A stretch of DNA of 64,000 nt, taken from NCBI GenBank assembly GCA_963836235.1, contig CAWIIP010000004.1:1-64000 (forward strand), given 5' to 3'. The translations under genes were made by a program, and so were the position numbers. This document shows, one piece after another, positions 11,295 to 23,360 of the stretch (the stretch's first letter is position 1; each line of letters starts with the position of its first letter). This DNA is from an uncultured Pseudomonadota bacterium. GTDB lineage: Bacteria; Oederibacteriota; Muellerivitia; Muellerivitales; Muellerivitaceae. The notes beneath the pieces are model-generated. The model had not been told where the DNA came from, did no database searches, and saw nothing but the letters and a program-made list of their open reading frames with translations.

Positions 11295-13286
11295 ATGAAC
11301 GATCAAAAAATAAATACAATTGTTCAACGCTTAAACCGGGTACAAAAGGCCTGGTGGATGGCCTTTGCCTTTTTTATCGGGTTTGCAGGTTATCCTTCCG
11401 CGGTTAATTCGCAAACTTGCACTCCGGCTTCCGCCAAAATTTGCGTTGCTGCGGACGATGATTCCACCATTTATGTTGGTGGGACGTTAATTGGACAAAT
11501 TGGCTATTGTAATTGGGATGGAACTGGGTCCTGTCCTCCGGGTTGCCTATCGGTTCCCACGGCTCTTCTCACCGGAGCCCAAGTTTGTTTAGCGATTGAA
11601 ACCCAAAACACCGCTCCTCTCATTAATTACAGTTCTTGGGATTTGGACATCACCTGCGCCGGTGGAAATCATTCAGAAATAACCAGCGACAACGGTGGCG
11701 GAGGATTGAGTCTTTACTATACGCCAAACGGCAATCCCTCAACTCCGCCGGCTGCAGATGGAAGCGGCAACCCATGGTTCTCGCCCAGTTACAATCCAAC
11801 CGTCAGTCCATTTACTTTCACGCCAACCGCCGTTCTTTGTGCTGAGACCTGGGGTCAACCCATTTATAACCCGGTCTCGGGCGCCCAACTGACCTTTCAG
11901 TCAAATAGCTGCAGTGCCGACACCGGTGGTTCTAATATCACGGGGGCTTTGTTCTGGCGTGAATGCGTGCCCATTCCAACTCCGGCGCCGACCCTGGGAC
12001 CCACAGCCTTCACCATTACCAAATCCATCATCGGAGGACCGGTCTATAATATTCCGGGCGCAAATGACGCTTCTGTGACTTATGCCATCACTTATTGCAA
12101 TACGGGCGCCGCCGTCACCACCCCGGTTACCATTCAAGACAACATTTCCGGCGGCGGCATGCAATATGGTTCGGGTTGCATCCCCCCACCAAGCCAACCC
12201 CAACCATACACCCCCTATTGCGGTGGAAATGGATCGGTGATTTATCCCTTAGGAATGCCCGGTAATTTTTGCCAATCAGTAACCTTTACCTATATCAACT
12301 ATTACTATCCCAATGATTTTTGCGCGACATTCGTCAATAACGCCACCATCGGAGATGGTGTCGTCAGTACCACCTCCAACTCGGTCACAGCCAATCTTGT
12401 TTGCGCAACCAATACCTTTACCTACACGCCGACCTATACCTACAGCCCAACTTTTACCAGGACCCCAACCCCTACCTGGAGCAATACTCCGCCACCATCT
12501 ACCCTGAGCCCCACGAATACCTATACCTGGACTCCCAGCTATACCCCAACTCCAACTTGGTCGAATACGGTTCTCCCGGGTACAAGTACCGCCACCAATA
12601 CCTATACTTTCACCCCCAGCTACACCCCAACCTCCACCGCGACGGCCATTGCCACTGCCACAGCGGGGGCGGCTTGCGGGGCAGGCGGATCAGGTGTTAC
12701 CACGCCAAATTTAACTTTGGGTGTCCGCCAGGGGACATGTGGCAACACCGAATTGGATTATTATTTTTATGTTGTTAACAACGGCTCAACGGCGGTTTCA
12801 GTTGCCGATATTTGCTTTGAGTTTTGGGCCTATGACACCGCTGCTACCAGTTGGGCAGTGCAAAGCGATTCAACCGGAAATATTTACAATACTCCCTACG
12901 TGGGGTCGCCCGGCGGATCGTTCACCCTGACCGCCACTAAGCTTGGCACCCCCTGTACGGTCATTAACGGAACCGTTACTACTTTTGCCAATTGGGAGTT
13001 TATGATCTGCGATTCGTCCGCAACAACATCGATCGCGCCGGGCAATTATTGGATTGATGGGGAAATAGGCCTTTATGACACTACCTATAGTTACACTCCC
13101 GGCGAGGCTTCTTGGTATAGCCCCCTACCGGGTGGAGTTTGTTCCGCGCCCCCGCTGGGCGGGGGGGCGTCGGATGTTGCCGCTTATTTCAACATTCCCC
13201 AGTACGCCTTGCTTTACAACGGCCAATTAGTTAATGAAGGGGGGGGACGGACGCTAACACAGGAGTTGTTCCATGCGCCGTTGTAA
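11295..13286 (+). CDS. N-terminal part of a giant secreted protein (Cys-rich domain, DUF11-like, CBM3-like); frameshifted at a G8 tract
   Basis: Signal peptide; [24 protein letters not shown] resembles CBM3; the reading frame shifts at G8 13239-13246. Confidence 0.75.
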   Translation: MNDQKINTIVQRLNRVQKAWWMAFAFFIGFAGYPSAVNSQTCTPASAKICVAADDDSTIYVGGTLIGQIGYCNWDGTGSCPPGCLSVPTALLTGAQVCLAIETQNTAPLINYSSWDLDITCAGGNHSEITSDNGGGGLSLYYTPNGNPSTPPAADGSGNPWFSPSYNPTVSPFTFTPTAVLCAETWGQPIYNPVSGAQLTFQSNSCSADTGGSNITGALFWRECVPIPTPAPTLGPTAFTITKSIIGGPVYNIPGANDASVTYAITYCNTGAAVTTPVTIQDNISGGGMQYGSGCIPPPSQPQPYTPYCGGNGSVIYPLGMPGNFCQSVTFTYINYYYPNDFCATFVNNATIGDGVVSTTSNSVTANLVCATNTFTYTPTYTYSPTFTRTPTPTWSNTPPPSTLSPTNTYTWTPSYTPTPTWSNTVLPGTSTATNTYTFTPSYTPTSTATAIATATAGAACGAGGSGVTTPNLTLGVRQGTCGNTELDYYFYVVNNGSTAVSVADICFEFWAYDTAATSWAVQSDSTGNIYNTPYVGSPGGSFTLTATKLGTPCTVINGTVTTFANWEFMICDSSATTSIAPGNYWIDGEIGLYDTTYSYTPGEASWYSPLPGGVCSAPPLGGGASDVAAYFNIPQYALLYNGQLVNEGGGRTLTQELFHAPL

Positions 13287-16200
13287 ATACATGTACTCCC
13301 ACCTCGACTCCCACGTCTACCATTACTGAATCCCCAACCCCAACTTATACCAATACCAGAACCTATACCCCCACGAGTACTTTTACCAATACCGCCTCTT
13401 TCACGATTACCAATACCTTCTCGCCCACCTTTACCTACACCTTTACCCCCAGCTTTACTCCAACGCCTACCTATACCAATACCGCCACACCCACGATCAC
13501 CAATACCTTTACTTTAACTAATACCTTTTCTCCCACTGCCACTTATTCCAATACTTTCTCTTATACCCCGACGCCCACTTACACCAATACCTATTCCCAA
13601 ACTCCCACCGCTACCTGGACCAACACTACTACGTGGACGCCGACTAGTACTTATGCGACCAGTACCGCGACAAGTACCACCACAAAAACAACGACGAATA
13701 CGCCGACCAATACCGCGACCAATACAACGACGAACACGACCACAAACACAACAACGAACACGACCACTCCGACGACTACAAATACTCCGACCAAGACAAC
13801 GACGAACACACCCACGAATACGACGACCAACACTCCAACACCGACAACGACGAATACCCCGACCAATACCACCACTAACACGCCAACCCCAACGACGACA
13901 AATACGCCCACCAATACAACCACCAATACTCCAACGAACACGACGACCAATACTCCGACGAATACGACCACAAACACACCGACGAAGACAACGACCAACA
14001 CTCCGACGCCAACCACGACGAATACTCCCACGAATACGACCACCAATACTCCGACACCCACGATGACGAATACTCCTACTAATACGACCACGAATACTCC
14101 GACGAACACGACGACAAATACTCCAACGAATACGACCACAAACACACCGACGAAGACAACGACCAATACCCCAACTAATACGACGACCAACACTCCAACG
14201 CCGACAACGACGAATACTCCCACGAATACGACCACCAATACCCCGACACCCACGACAACTAATACTCCAACGAATACGACTACCAACACCCCCACCCCGA
14301 CAACCACCAATACGCCGACGAACACCACCACGAACACGCCTACCAATACGACGACCAACACTCCGACGCCGACAACGACGAATACTCCCACGAATACGAC
14401 CACAAACACACCGACGAAGACAACGACTAATACCCCAACCAATACGACTACGAATACGCCGACACCCACGACGACTAATACTCCTACCAATACGACGACC
14501 AACACTCCGACCCCGACTACGACGAATACGGCCACCAATACCACGACACCCACGACAACTAATACTCCAACGAATACGACTACCAACACCCCCACCCCTA
14601 CCACTTCTAACAGCCCGACGAATACGACAACCAACACACCAACTAACACAACAACGAATACCCCGACTAACACGACTACAAACACGCCTACCCCGACGAC
14701 AACCAATACGCCGACGAATACCACCACGAACACGCCTACCAATACGACGACCAACACTCCGACCCCCACTACCACGAATACGACCACCAATACTCCGACG
14801 AAGACAACGACCAATACCCCCACCAATACGACCACGAATACTCCGACGAACACAACGACGAATACCCCAACGAACACGACTACAAACACACCTACCCCGA
14901 CGACAACCAATACGCCGACGAATACCACCACCAACACGCCTACTAATACGATGACCAACACTCCAACGCCGACAACGACGAATACTCCGACGAATACGAC
15001 TACCAACACTCCAACGCCGACAACGACGAATACTCCCACGAATACGACCACCAATACCCCGACACCCACGACGACGAATACTCCTACCAATACGACCACG
15101 AATACGCCGACGCCCACGACGACCAATACTCCGACGAATACCACTACCAACACCCCGACCCCAACCACTTCTAATAGCCCGACGAATACCGCAACCAACA
15201 CGGCGACGAATACCCCGACCAATACCACCACCAACACCCCGACCAATACGACCACGAATACCCCGACGAACACGACCACGAACACGCCAACCTCAACCAC
15301 GTCCAATACGCCGACGAATACAACGACGAATACGCCCACCAACACAACTACGAATACGCCGACCCCAACCACATCCAACACACCGACGAACACCACCACG
15401 AACACGCCAACCCCGACTCAGACGAATACGCCAACTAATACAACCACCTTGACTCCTACTAGTACCCCGACGAACACGGCGACGAACACGCCGACGAGCA
15501 CAACTTCCAACACACCGACCAATACAGCGACGGCCACGGCGACGGGAACGCCGACGAACACGACGACGAATACTCCCACCCCAACCACGTCCAATACACC
15601 GACGAATACAACGACGAATACCCCGACCAGCACCACCACGAATACGCCGACTAATACGACCACGAATACGCCGACGAATACGACTACGAACACCCCAATC
15701 AACACCCCCACCAACACGGCGACGAATACCCCGACCAATACCACCACCGACACGCCGACCAATACGACCACCAATACCCCGACGAACACGACCACGAACA
15801 CGCCGACGAGCACAACTTCCAACACACCGACCAATACAGCGACGGCCACGGCGACGGGAACGCCGACGAACACGACGACGAATACTCCCACCCCAACCAC
15901 GTCCAATACACCGACCGACACGGCTACTCCGACCCAAACGAATACGCCAACGAACACGGCTACCCTGACGCCTACGGGCACCCCGACGAATACGACTACG
16001 AACACCCCAATCAACACCCCCACCAACACGGCGACGAATACCCCGACCAATACCACCACCGACACGCCGACCAATACGACCACCAATACCCCGACGAACA
16101 CGACCACGAACACGCCAACCCCGACTCAGACGAATACGCCAACTAATACAACCACCTTGACTCCTACTAGTACCCCGACGAACACGGCGACGAACACGCC

Positions 16201-19200
16201 GACGAGCACAACTTCCAACACACCGACCAATACAGCGACGGCCACGGCGACGGGAACGCCGACGAACACGACGACGAATACTCCCACCCCAACCACGTCC
16301 AATACACCGACCGACACGGCTACTCCGACCCAAACGAATACGCCAACGAACACGGCTACCCTGACGCCTACGGGCACCCCGACGAACACAGCCACGGATA
16401 CCGCGACCGCGACCACCACTAATACGGCGACCAATACCTCGATAGATACGGCGACCAATACCCCCACCGATACGCCTACGGGTACCCCGACGAACACGGC
16501 GACGAACACGCCGACGAGCACAACTTCCAACACACCGACCAATACAGCGACGGCCACGGCGACGGGAACGCCGACGAACACGACGACGAATACTCCCACC
16601 CCAACCACGTCCAATACACCGACCGACACGGCTACTCCGACCCAAACGAATACGCCAACGAACACGGCTACCCTGACGCCTACGGGCACCCCGACGAACA
16701 CAGCCACGGATACCGCGACCGCGACCACCACTAATACGGCGACCAATACCTCGATAGATACGGCGACCAATACCCCCACCGATACGCCTACGGGTACCCC
16801 GACGAACACGGCGACGAACACGCCGACGAGCACAACTTCCAACACACCGACCAATACAGCGACGGCCACGGCGACGGGAACGCCGACGAACACGACGACG
16901 AATACTCCCACCCCAACCACGTCCAATACACCGACCGACACGGCTACTCCGACCCAAACGAATACGCCAACGAACACGGCTACCCTGACGCCTACGGGCA
17001 CCCCGACGAACACAGCCACGGATACCGCGACCGCGACCACCACTAATACGGCGACCAATACCTCGATAGATACGGCGACCAATACCCCCACCGATACGCC
17101 TACGGGTACCCCGACGAACACGGCGACGAACACGCCGACGAGCACAACTTCCAACACACCGACCAATACAGCGACGGCCACGGCGACGGGAACGCCGACG
17201 AACACGACGACGAATACTCCCACCCCAACCACGTCCAATACACCGACCGACACGGCTACTCCGACCCAAACGAATACGCCAACGAACACGGCTACCCTGA
17301 CGCCTACGGGCACCCCGACGAACACAGCCACGGATACCGCGACCGCGACCACCACTAATACGGCGACCAATACCTCGATAGATACGGCGACCAATACCCC
17401 CACCGATACGCCTACGGGTACCCCGACGAACACGGCGACGAACACGCCGACGAGCACAACTTCCAACACACCGACCAATACAGCGACGGCCACGGCGACG
17501 GGAACGCCGACGAACACGACGACGAATACTCCCACCCCAACCACGTCCAATACACCGACCGACACGGCTACTCCGACCCAAACGAATACGCCAACGAACA
17601 CGGCTACCCTGACGCCTACGGGCACCCCGACGAACACAGCCACGGATACCGCAACCGCGACCACCACTAATACGGCGACCAATACGGCGACGGACACGGC
17701 CACGGGAACAGTGACGAATACCGCCACGGATACCGCCACCTCCACAGTTACCGATACACCGACCGACACCTCAACCAGTACCGTAACGAATACGGCCACT
17801 TCATCGGCAACCGCTACATCCACCAGTACAATCACCAATACGGCGACCCCGACGGCCACGAGCACACCTACTAGTACGCCGACAGATACCGCGACCGCGA
17901 CCGCCACCGGAACAGCCACCGATTCGCCTACTTCCACCACAACGGCCACTTCTACAAGTTCGCCTACCGACACACCCACGGACACATCCACTGGAACGCC
18001 GACCAATACGCCGACGGCCACTTCGACTTCTACGCCGACGGCCACGGCCACCGATACGGTGACCTCCACCTCCACCGGTACCCCGACGAACACGTCGACT
18101 AATACGGCAACTCCAACTCAAACGAACACTCCGACGAACACGGCCACCTCCACCACCACCAATACACCTACTCCCACCGCCACCAACACACCAACTTCCA
18201 CAAGCACCCAAACGCCAACCAATACGGTTACGGCTACTTCCACCTCCACGCCGTCAAATACCATGACTCCCACGAAAACGACGACTAATACACCCACCGC
18301 GACGGCTAGCAACACGCCGACCCATACCGAAACCTTTACCCTTACCGGTACGCCTACCAGGACTCCTACCTCCACGGCCACTTCTACTTCTACTGCGACA
18401 TCCACCAATAGCCCGACCTTTACCTTTACCGCCACCCCCAGTCGGACCGCCACTAATAGCCCGACCTTCACCTTTACGAACACGGTCACCCCCTCGCCCA
18501 CTTTCACGATGACCTTCACGCCGACTCCGACGCCTTTCCTGTCTTTGTCTAAGTCCTCCCAAAAGACCGCCCAACCCATGGAAAATGTCACTTATAGCCT
18601 GACCTATTCCAACGTGAATTCCTCCGGGGTTTCCAACGTGGTGGTCACCGATTCTTTGCCTGCCACGGTGGCGGCAAATTACGTGGCGGGTTCGGCTTCC
18701 AATGGAGGAGTTTTCAATTCCGTGACCAACACGCTGACTTGGACGATTCCATATGTCCCGGGTGAGACGACCGTCCAATTGACCTATCAATTGCAAATGG
18801 CCATGCTGGCCGCTGAATACAATCCAGTGGTAAACAACGCCCAGCTGACCTACCCCGGTGGGGTGACCGCGGTGGCTTCCAATTCGGTGAGCATTATCGG
18901 GAACTATATTGTCAGTCTTTCCATCTATAACAGCGCGGGAGAGCTTCTCAAGACCATCGCCACCTTCGAAACCAACGTCCCCATTTCGGGCTTTACCGTG
19001 ACCGGGGGAGTGATCACCACGAACTCGGGCGTCGCCCAGTTCTATTACAACGGGATTCTGATCGGAAGCTGGGACGCCACGAATATCTCGGGCCAGAAAG
19101 TGACTAACGGAGACTACCTGGTCAAAATCAACAGCGTTGACCCCCTGGGCGAGGTCACGACCGTCACCCATACCGTGACGGTGGATATCAGCAGCAGCAC

Positions 19201-19843
19201 CCTTCAACTGGCGGTGTACAACGAAGCCGGGGAAGTGGTGAAAACCTTTACGCAGCAACAATTGGCTACCCTGCTGACGGGTGGTTCCATCCTGCCCTCG
19301 GATTATAACGTCACCCAAGCGAAGCTCTCGAGCCAGACCATCGACCCGACTTATGGAGCCCCCACCAGCGCGGATAACCTGCTGACCATCACACTGGGTT
19401 CGGGCGACAGCTTCACTTGGAACGGGAGGGGCGACAATGGGGCCATCCTGACCCCGGGTATTTATTTCATCGAATTCGAGTCCCAGATTCCCGGCCAGGC
19501 GCCCCAAGAGATCACCATGACCATCCGGGTTATGGCCAACAATTCCAATAATGTCGTGGGAATCACGATGGGTCCCAATCCGATCCGTTTGGACCAAACG
19601 ACCCAGGCTAAATTTTTCATCAACAATCCAAACCTGCAATTTGATACAGTCCAGGTCCGGCTCTATACCCTCGCGGGCGAGTTGATGAATACCCTTTTGA
19701 GCCAGCCGGGAGACCCCTCAGAAGTGGTTTGGGATTTGAGCGCAGGCGGAGTCGCCAGCGGCGCCTATTTAGCGGTGGTGGAATTGAAATCCAACGGCGG
19801 CCTCGTGGGACGGCAGATCCTTCAAGTCGTAGTTATCCACTAA
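13247..19843 (+). CDS. C-terminal continuation of the giant protein: very long Thr-rich stalk, DUF11-like, FlgD-Ig-like domains and C-terminal sorting-like domain
   Basis: Frame open from 13247 ([19 protein letters not shown]...) through ORF 14063-19843; the C-terminal region is paralogous to that of 5506-9492. Confidence 0.8.
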   Translation, partial: TDANTGVVPCAVVNTCTPTSTPTSTITESPTPTYTNTRTYTPTSTFTNTASFTITNTFSPTFTYTFTPSFTPTPTYTNTATPTITNTFTLTNTFSPTATYSNTFSYTPTPTYTNTYSQTPTATWTNTTTWTPTSTYATSTATSTTTKTTTNTPTNTATNTTTNTTTNTTTNTTTPTTTNTPTKTTTNTPTNTTTNTPTPTTTNTPTNTTTNTPTPTTTNTPTNTTTNTPTNTTTNTPTNTTTNTPTKTTTNTPTPTTTNTPTNTTTNTPTPTMTNTPTNTTTNTPTNTTTNTPTNTTTNTPTKTTTNTPTNTTTNTPTPTTTNTPTNTTTNTPTPTTTNTPTNTTTNTPTPTTTNTPTNTTTNTPTNTTTNTPTPTTTNTPTNTTTNTPTKTTTNTPTNTTTNTPTPTTTNTPTNTTTNTPTPTTTNTATNTTTPTTTNTPTNTTTNTPTPTTSNSPTNTTTNTPTNTTTNTPTNTTTNTPTPTTTNTPTNTTTNTPTNTTTNTPTPTTTNTTTNTPTKTTTNTPTNTTTNTPTNTTTNTPTNTTTNTPTPTTTNTPTNTTTNTPTNTMTNTPTPTTTNTPTNTTTNTPTPTTTNTPTNTTTNTPTPTTTNTPTNTTTNTPTPTTTNTPTNTTTNTPTPTTSNSPTNTATNTATNTPTNTTTNTPTNTTTNTPTNTTTNTPTSTTSNTPTNTTTNTPTNTTTNTPTPTTSNTPTNTTTNTPTPTQTNTPTNTTTLTPTSTPTNTATNTPTSTTSNTPTNTATATATGTPTNTTTNTPTPTTSNTPTNTTTNTPTSTTTNTPTNTTTNTPTNTTTNTPINTPTNTATNTPTNTTTDTPTNTTTNTPTNTTTNTPTSTTSNTPTNTATATATGTPTNTTTNTPTPTTSNTPTDTATPTQTNTPTNTATLTPTGTPTNTTTNTPINTPTNTATNTPTNTTTDTPTNTTTNTPTNTTTNTPTPTQTNTPTNTTTLTPTSTPTNTATNTPTSTTSNTPTNTATATATGTPTNTTTNTPTPTTSNTPTDTATPTQTNTPTNTATLTPTGTPTNTATDTATATTTNTATNTSIDTATNTPTDTPTGTPTNTATNTPTSTTSNTPTNTATATATGTPTNTTTNTPTPTTSNTPTDTATPTQTNTPTNTATLTPTGTPTNTATDTATATTTNTATNTSIDTATNTPTDTPTGTPTNTATNTPTSTTSNTPTNTATATATGTPTNTTTNTPTPTTSNTPTDTATPTQTNTPTNTATLTPTGTPTNTATDTATATTTNTATNTSIDTATNTPTDTPTGTPTNTATNTPTSTTSNTPTNTATATATGTPTNTTTNTPTPTTSNTPTDTATPTQTNTPTNTATLTPTGTPTNTATDTATATTTNTATNTSIDTATNTPTDTPTGTPTNTATNTPTSTTSNTPTNTATATATGTPTNTTTNTPTPTTSNTPTDTATPTQTNTPTNTATLTPTGTPTNTATDTATATTTNTATNTATDTATGTVTNTATDTATSTVTDTPTDTSTSTVTNTATSSATATSTSTITNTATPTATSTPTSTPTDTATATATGTATDSPTSTTTATSTSSPTDTPTDTSTGTPTNTPTATSTSTPTATATDTVTSTSTGTPTNTSTNTATPTQTNTPTNTATSTTTNTPTPTATNTPTSTSTQTPTNTVTATSTSTPSNTMTPTKTTTNTPTATASNTPTHTETFTLTGTPTRTPTSTATSTSTATSTNSPTFTFTATPSRTATNSPTFTFTNTVTPSPTFTMTFTPTPTPFLSLSKSSQKTAQPMENVTYSLTYSNVNSSGVSNVVVTDSLPATVAANYVAGSASNGGVFNSVTNTLTWTIPYVPGETTVQLTYQLQMAMLAAEYNPVVNNAQLTYPGGVTAVASNSVSIIGNYIVSLSIYNSAGELLKTIATFETNVPISGFTVTGGVITTNSGVAQFYYNGILIGSWDATNISGQKVTNGDYLVKINSVDPLGEVTTVTHTVTVDISSSTLQLAVYNEAGEVVKTFTQQQLATLLTGGSILPSDYNVTQAKLSSQTIDPTYGAPTSADNLLTITLGSGDSFTWNGRGDNGAILTPGIYFIEFESQIPGQAPQEITMTIRVMANNSNNVVGITMGPNPIRLDQTTQAKFFINNPNLQFDTVQVRLYTLAGELMNTLLSQPGDPSEVVWDLSAGGVASGAYLAVVELKSNGGLVGRQILQVVVIH
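16171..17685 (+). repeat. Near-perfect tandem repeat, 312-bp (104-aa) unit, about 4.9 copies
   Basis: The marker GATAGAT recurs at 16441, 16753, 17065 and 17377 (period 312). Confidence 0.9.
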
Positions 19844-19861
19844 GCCTCAAAACGAATGTTC

Positions 19862-19976
19862 AACCACGAAAACACCAAGGGCACAAAGAAAGATTAAAAG
19901 TAAAACTCTGATTTTCTAATCAATTTTTTAGAATTTATCTTCCGTTGTTCTTGGTGCCCTTAGTGCCTTTGTGGTT
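19862..19976. repeat. Imperfect 29-bp inverted repeat around an AT-rich core (MITE-like)
   Basis: AACCACGAAAACACCAAGGGCACAAAGAA ... TTCTTGGTGCCCTTAGTGCCTTTGTGGTT. Confidence 0.6.
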
Positions 19977-20643
19977 CAAAAGCCTTTCACTTCTTTTGAA
20001 ATTCAATTATTCTTTACTCATTCTTCGAAAAAGGGCGGGATTTTTGGCAGCAACGGAAAAAAAGAGGAAAAAAGGCCGAAGTTTGAAATTCTTACTGGGC
20101 TATTCGGCTGGTTTTTTTTGCTGGATGGGGGGGCTTCACTGTTTTGAGGCGGATTCCCAAGGCGTGATCCATCTCTCGCGGGCTAAACTTTTAAGGCATC
20201 TCACCAAAGTGTTCTTGTGGGCTTTGGAGCTGACCCTTCTTTATCATTTAGTGGGATTGTATTTTAACTGGCTTCTTCAAGCCTCCGGCCCGGAAAAAGC
20301 GATGGCTTTCTTAATTAAGTCGGTCATTTTTCTTTACGTGAAGGTCTTTTGGCCAAAAATTTTTCCTGAGATTCTTCCTGGCCTTCATGTGTTTTTTTGC
20401 CCGCAATGTTACCGGCGACAAACCTTCAAATTCCTCCCGGTTTCCTTTCGATACGGTTTTTTCGTGACCTATCTTTGTCAATATTGCGCTTGCCTGGTCG
20501 ATGGCTGGGGGAAGCAGATTTTTTATCCTTCCTCCGTCACCTTCAAACAACAGGCTCCATTCCTCTTTAAAACGCTTTTCCCGGTTTTGGCGGTTTTAGC
20601 CTTGGGCGTGACAGGATTTGAGGTTTTTTGGAGAAATTTTTAG
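19945..20643 (+). CDS. Hypothetical membrane protein with CxxC...CxxC motif
   Basis: TM segments plus CPQC and CQYC; the true start is probably the downstream TTG near 20083. Confidence 0.55.
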   Translation: MFLVPLVPLWFKSLSLLLKFNYSLLILRKRAGFLAATEKKRKKGRSLKFLLGYSAGFFCWMGGLHCFEADSQGVIHLSRAKLLRHLTKVFLWALELTLLYHLVGLYFNWLLQASGPEKAMAFLIKSVIFLYVKVFWPKIFPEILPGLHVFFCPQCYRRQTFKFLPVSFRYGFFVTYLCQYCACLVDGWGKQIFYPSSVTFKQQAPFLFKTLFPVLAVLALGVTGFEVFWRNF

Positions 20644-20665
20644 GCCCATCCGAATCCAAAAAACA

Positions 20666-21037
20666 CTAGCGGGTCGAGGAGGCCCTTCGTAAGTAAGCCT
20701 TTAAGACCCTCAAGTCTTCCTCCTTCATCTCCAAAAAATGAAGGCCGCCGTCCGTTTTGTTGACCCAAACCACTTCGGCGAAAGCCGTCAGGGTTTCGGA
20801 AAGGCCCGGGAGCGTGATTTCAAAATTCAGAATACCCCCTTCCTTCAATGTCTGGTCCGCGAAAATATGCATACCGCCCAAACTGATGTCCATGGCATGG
20901 GCGTTTCGTTCTTTTTTTCTTTGCTCGAAGACCGTCTCGATTTCCTTTTTGTCCTCGACCAAGCGGTACTTGACGGGAATATTGACTTTGATCCGGGGAG
21001 AAACCCGTTTCTCCATAAACAGGTTCGCGTCCTGCAA
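20666..21037 (-). CDS. PilZ domain protein
   Basis: EKRVSPR (RxxxR) and DISLGG (DxSxxG) motifs. Confidence 0.9.
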   Translation of the reverse strand: MQDANLFMEKRVSPRIKVNIPVKYRLVEDKKEIETVFEQRKKERNAHAMDISLGGMHIFADQTLKEGGILNFEITLPGLSETLTAFAEVVWVNKTDGGLHFLEMKEEDLRVLKAYLRRASSTR

Positions 21038-21235
21038 TTTCGGCTCCTTCTTGTGACCAACTTAATGGAAGCCCACTTATTCTATCTTACTTATTCGGAA
21101 CTTGGCCCAAATCTCCAACCCGAAAAGCTCCGCGGAATAACCGAATTAGGGTCTGGATTCCCCTTAGAAACAAATCCTATTCACCATTGGGTGTGTTAGA
21201 GTGACGCCAGCATTGAGAAGTTAAGGAGGTACCCA

Positions 21236-21283
21236 ATGGCCAAGAAAGTCAAGAAGCCCTCAAAGAGCAAAAAGAGGTTCTAA
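21236..21283 (+). CDS. Putative 15-aa basic peptide MAKKVKKPSKSKKRF
   Basis: Perfect SD TAAGGAGGT 5 nt before the ATG; followed by a hairpin at 21307-21335. Confidence 0.45.
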   Translation: MAKKVKKPSKSKKRF

Positions 21284-21468
21284 GGACCATTTAACTGTTT
21301 TTATTCCAAAGCCTGAACTTCTCGTTCGGGCTTTGTTATGAACCGATCTTTCGCTCCTCCCCAAAGTGAATTTAAGGCCATTTAACGTATTTATATTGAA
21401 TGCGCATTGACATTTAACTCCAGCCTTCGCAAACTGAATACTGTTCATATCAGCTAAGGAGGAAGTCC

Positions 21469-22164
21469 ATGGGCCTTTTAACCCAAGATCAGCCGATTCC
21501 ATCGAGCGTTGTTTCTGAAGACGCCTCAACCCAGATGGGTTTTTTGCAGAAAGTCTATTCGCTTTTCTTGTTGGGGTTGGTTGCCGCCGCCGCGGGCGCT
21601 TTTATCACCATGTCGAACCCAGCCGTTGCCCAAGCGGTTCTTGGCCATTTTTTTATCGGCCTCCTAGTTTATTTCGGGGTCTTTTTTCTGACCATGTACG
21701 TCCGTAAAACGCCGGGGGTCAACATATTGGCCCTGCTTTCCTTTACCTTCGTCAGCGGAGCTTTTTTAGCGCCCGCCCTCATGCTGGCCGTCCTTAAAAC
21801 CGGCTCCATGGATGTGGTGTTTCAGGCGGCCGGTATTACCGGTTCCATTTTCGTGGGGCTGACGGCCTATACCTTTATCTCAAAGAAGGATTTTTCTTTT
21901 CTTGGGGGCATCGTTTATGTAGGCCTTTTCGCGGTCATGGGCATCATGCTGGTGAATATGTTTGTCCAAAGCCAATCCGCTGACATCGCCGTTTCCGTGA
22001 TCGGTTCGGTTTTGTTTTCCCTTTTTATCCTTTTTGATACCTCCCGGATCATGCGCACCCACGAGAGCGACGAATATGTGAGCGGGGCCTTGAGCCTCTA
22101 TTTGGACTTCATCAATCTTTTCCTCTTTGTCCTGCGGTTGCTTTCGGGTGGCCGCCGCAACTGA
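21469..22164 (+). CDS. Bax inhibitor-1/YccA family membrane protein
   Basis: FLQKVY, KKDFSFLGG, FILFDTSRI and ALSLYLDFINLF motifs; about 7 TM segments. Confidence 0.92.
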   Translation: MGLLTQDQPIPSSVVSEDASTQMGFLQKVYSLFLLGLVAAAAGAFITMSNPAVAQAVLGHFFIGLLVYFGVFFLTMYVRKTPGVNILALLSFTFVSGAFLAPALMLAVLKTGSMDVVFQAAGITGSIFVGLTAYTFISKKDFSFLGGIVYVGLFAVMGIMLVNMFVQSQSADIAVSVIGSVLFSLFILFDTSRIMRTHESDEYVSGALSLYLDFINLFLFVLRLLSGGRRN

Positions 22165-22250
22165 TTTCCCACGAAAATCATCCCACAATAAAAAGCCCCG
22201 CGAAATAGCAAGGCTTTTTTGTTATTAGTCGGGATTTTTTAACAGGCTTT

Positions 22251-22724
22251 TTAATGATTTCCCCTATGTGATCGCTCATCTTTTATATCGATAGGGGGAT
22301 TCAACTGGGTCAGCTTTTCCATAAAACCCCCCATATGAGTTAAAGAGGGAAGGGTGAAAGAATCGCCATCTTTCAAAATGATTTCGTAAACCACGCTGAT
22401 GGACCCTTTTTTGCTGATCGTATCCGTTATCCGGACCGACCCCACTTCCCGGATTGCCAGTGTTTTCGGAAGGAGAAAGCTTTTCATCACCAGCCATTCG
22501 TCATTTTGAAATTGAAGGGCGTAAGGCGTTAAAAACGCCCTGTAGAAGCCGAAGATAAACAAGAAAAGGGCGAGACACAAAAAATAAATCAACCTCTTGT
22601 CGCCGTTTTCAAAACCGGAGCGGGGATAAAAAAACCAGAAAAGCACCAAGGAAACCAGCAGCATCGAAAGGGAAGCCGCCCAATCTCCCTTCGGCCTTTG
22701 AAATTGAACGTCGGACTTTTTCGT
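22251..22724 (-). CDS. Hypothetical membrane protein (2 TM, PH-like soluble tail)
   Basis: ORF 22251-22664 extends in frame to an ACG codon at 22724 that is preceded by GGAGG. Confidence 0.55.
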   Translation of the reverse strand, partial: TKKSDVQFQRPKGDWAASLSMLLVSLVLFWFFYPRSGFENGDKRLIYFLCLALFLFIFGFYRAFLTPYALQFQNDEWLVMKSFLLPKTLAIREVGSVRITDTISKKGSISVVYEIILKDGDSFTLPSLTHMGGFMEKLTQLNPPIDIKDERSHRGNH

Positions 22725-22769
22725 AAATGCCTCCCGTATTGGGTGGATGATACGTTTTTCTATTTTAGT

Positions 22770-23234
22770 CTAATTTTCTGGAGGCTCGACTCCGAGCCAG
22801 ACGAGAGCGTCTTTCATCTCGGTTAAAACCTTTATATTGACCCCGCGGTTGACGGCTACGGTTTCTTCGAATTTTCTAGAATCAACCAAAGGATGGCTCC
22901 CCACGAGGGCGTAACGGCAACTTTGAATTTTCCCGGTGGCAATCGCTCCAAAATACTTTGTCGCGGCGAGGACGGAAACGTTAAAGCGGTCCATCGTGGA
23001 CATTTCACCCGTTACTTTACGAAAGTCGATCAAAAGTTTTTTGGGCTGGTGGCTTTTACAGGTCTCCAAAATTTGATTCGTGAATTCACCCGCTAAGGAA
23101 GCTTCATAATGGTCTTCATAGACCATCAAAAGGTATCCGGGAGGAGTTTCGATTTTAAAGGTGAGGGCCATGTTTTTCGCTTCAGGAGGCGCCGAATCGG
23201 CCGCCTTCGGAAAAATTATTTCACTGGCTATCAT
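22770..23234 (-). CDS. Hypothetical protein (SpoIIAA/STAS-like fold possible)
   Basis: KLLIDFRKV...FEETVAVNRGVNIKVLT..KDALVWL pattern; the start may be at the downstream MALTF. Confidence 0.6.
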   Translation of the reverse strand: MIASEIIFPKAADSAPPEAKNMALTFKIETPPGYLLMVYEDHYEASLAGEFTNQILETCKSHQPKKLLIDFRKVTGEMSTMDRFNVSVLAATKYFGAIATGKIQSCRYALVGSHPLVDSRKFEETVAVNRGVNIKVLTEMKDALVWLGVEPPEN

Positions 23235-23360
23235 AAGACAAATTATACACTTTCTTCTCTTTTTAAATCATTGATTGTCCAACTTGGGTTTTTGGGTCAG
23301 GGTGCGACTTACTTCTCTTTTAAAAATGGGCACTTCTAATCTACCCTTCGGCTTGAGACC

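Noticed and set aside
13650-17700. Short-period repeats as a possible CRISPR array
   Set aside because: In-frame coding repeats with synonymous variation and no unique spacers.
13651-18591. Long minus-strand Val/Gly-rich and Arg/Gly-rich ORFs
   Set aside because: Antisense shadows of the Thr/Pro codon repeats on the plus strand; the same applies to 7440-8210.
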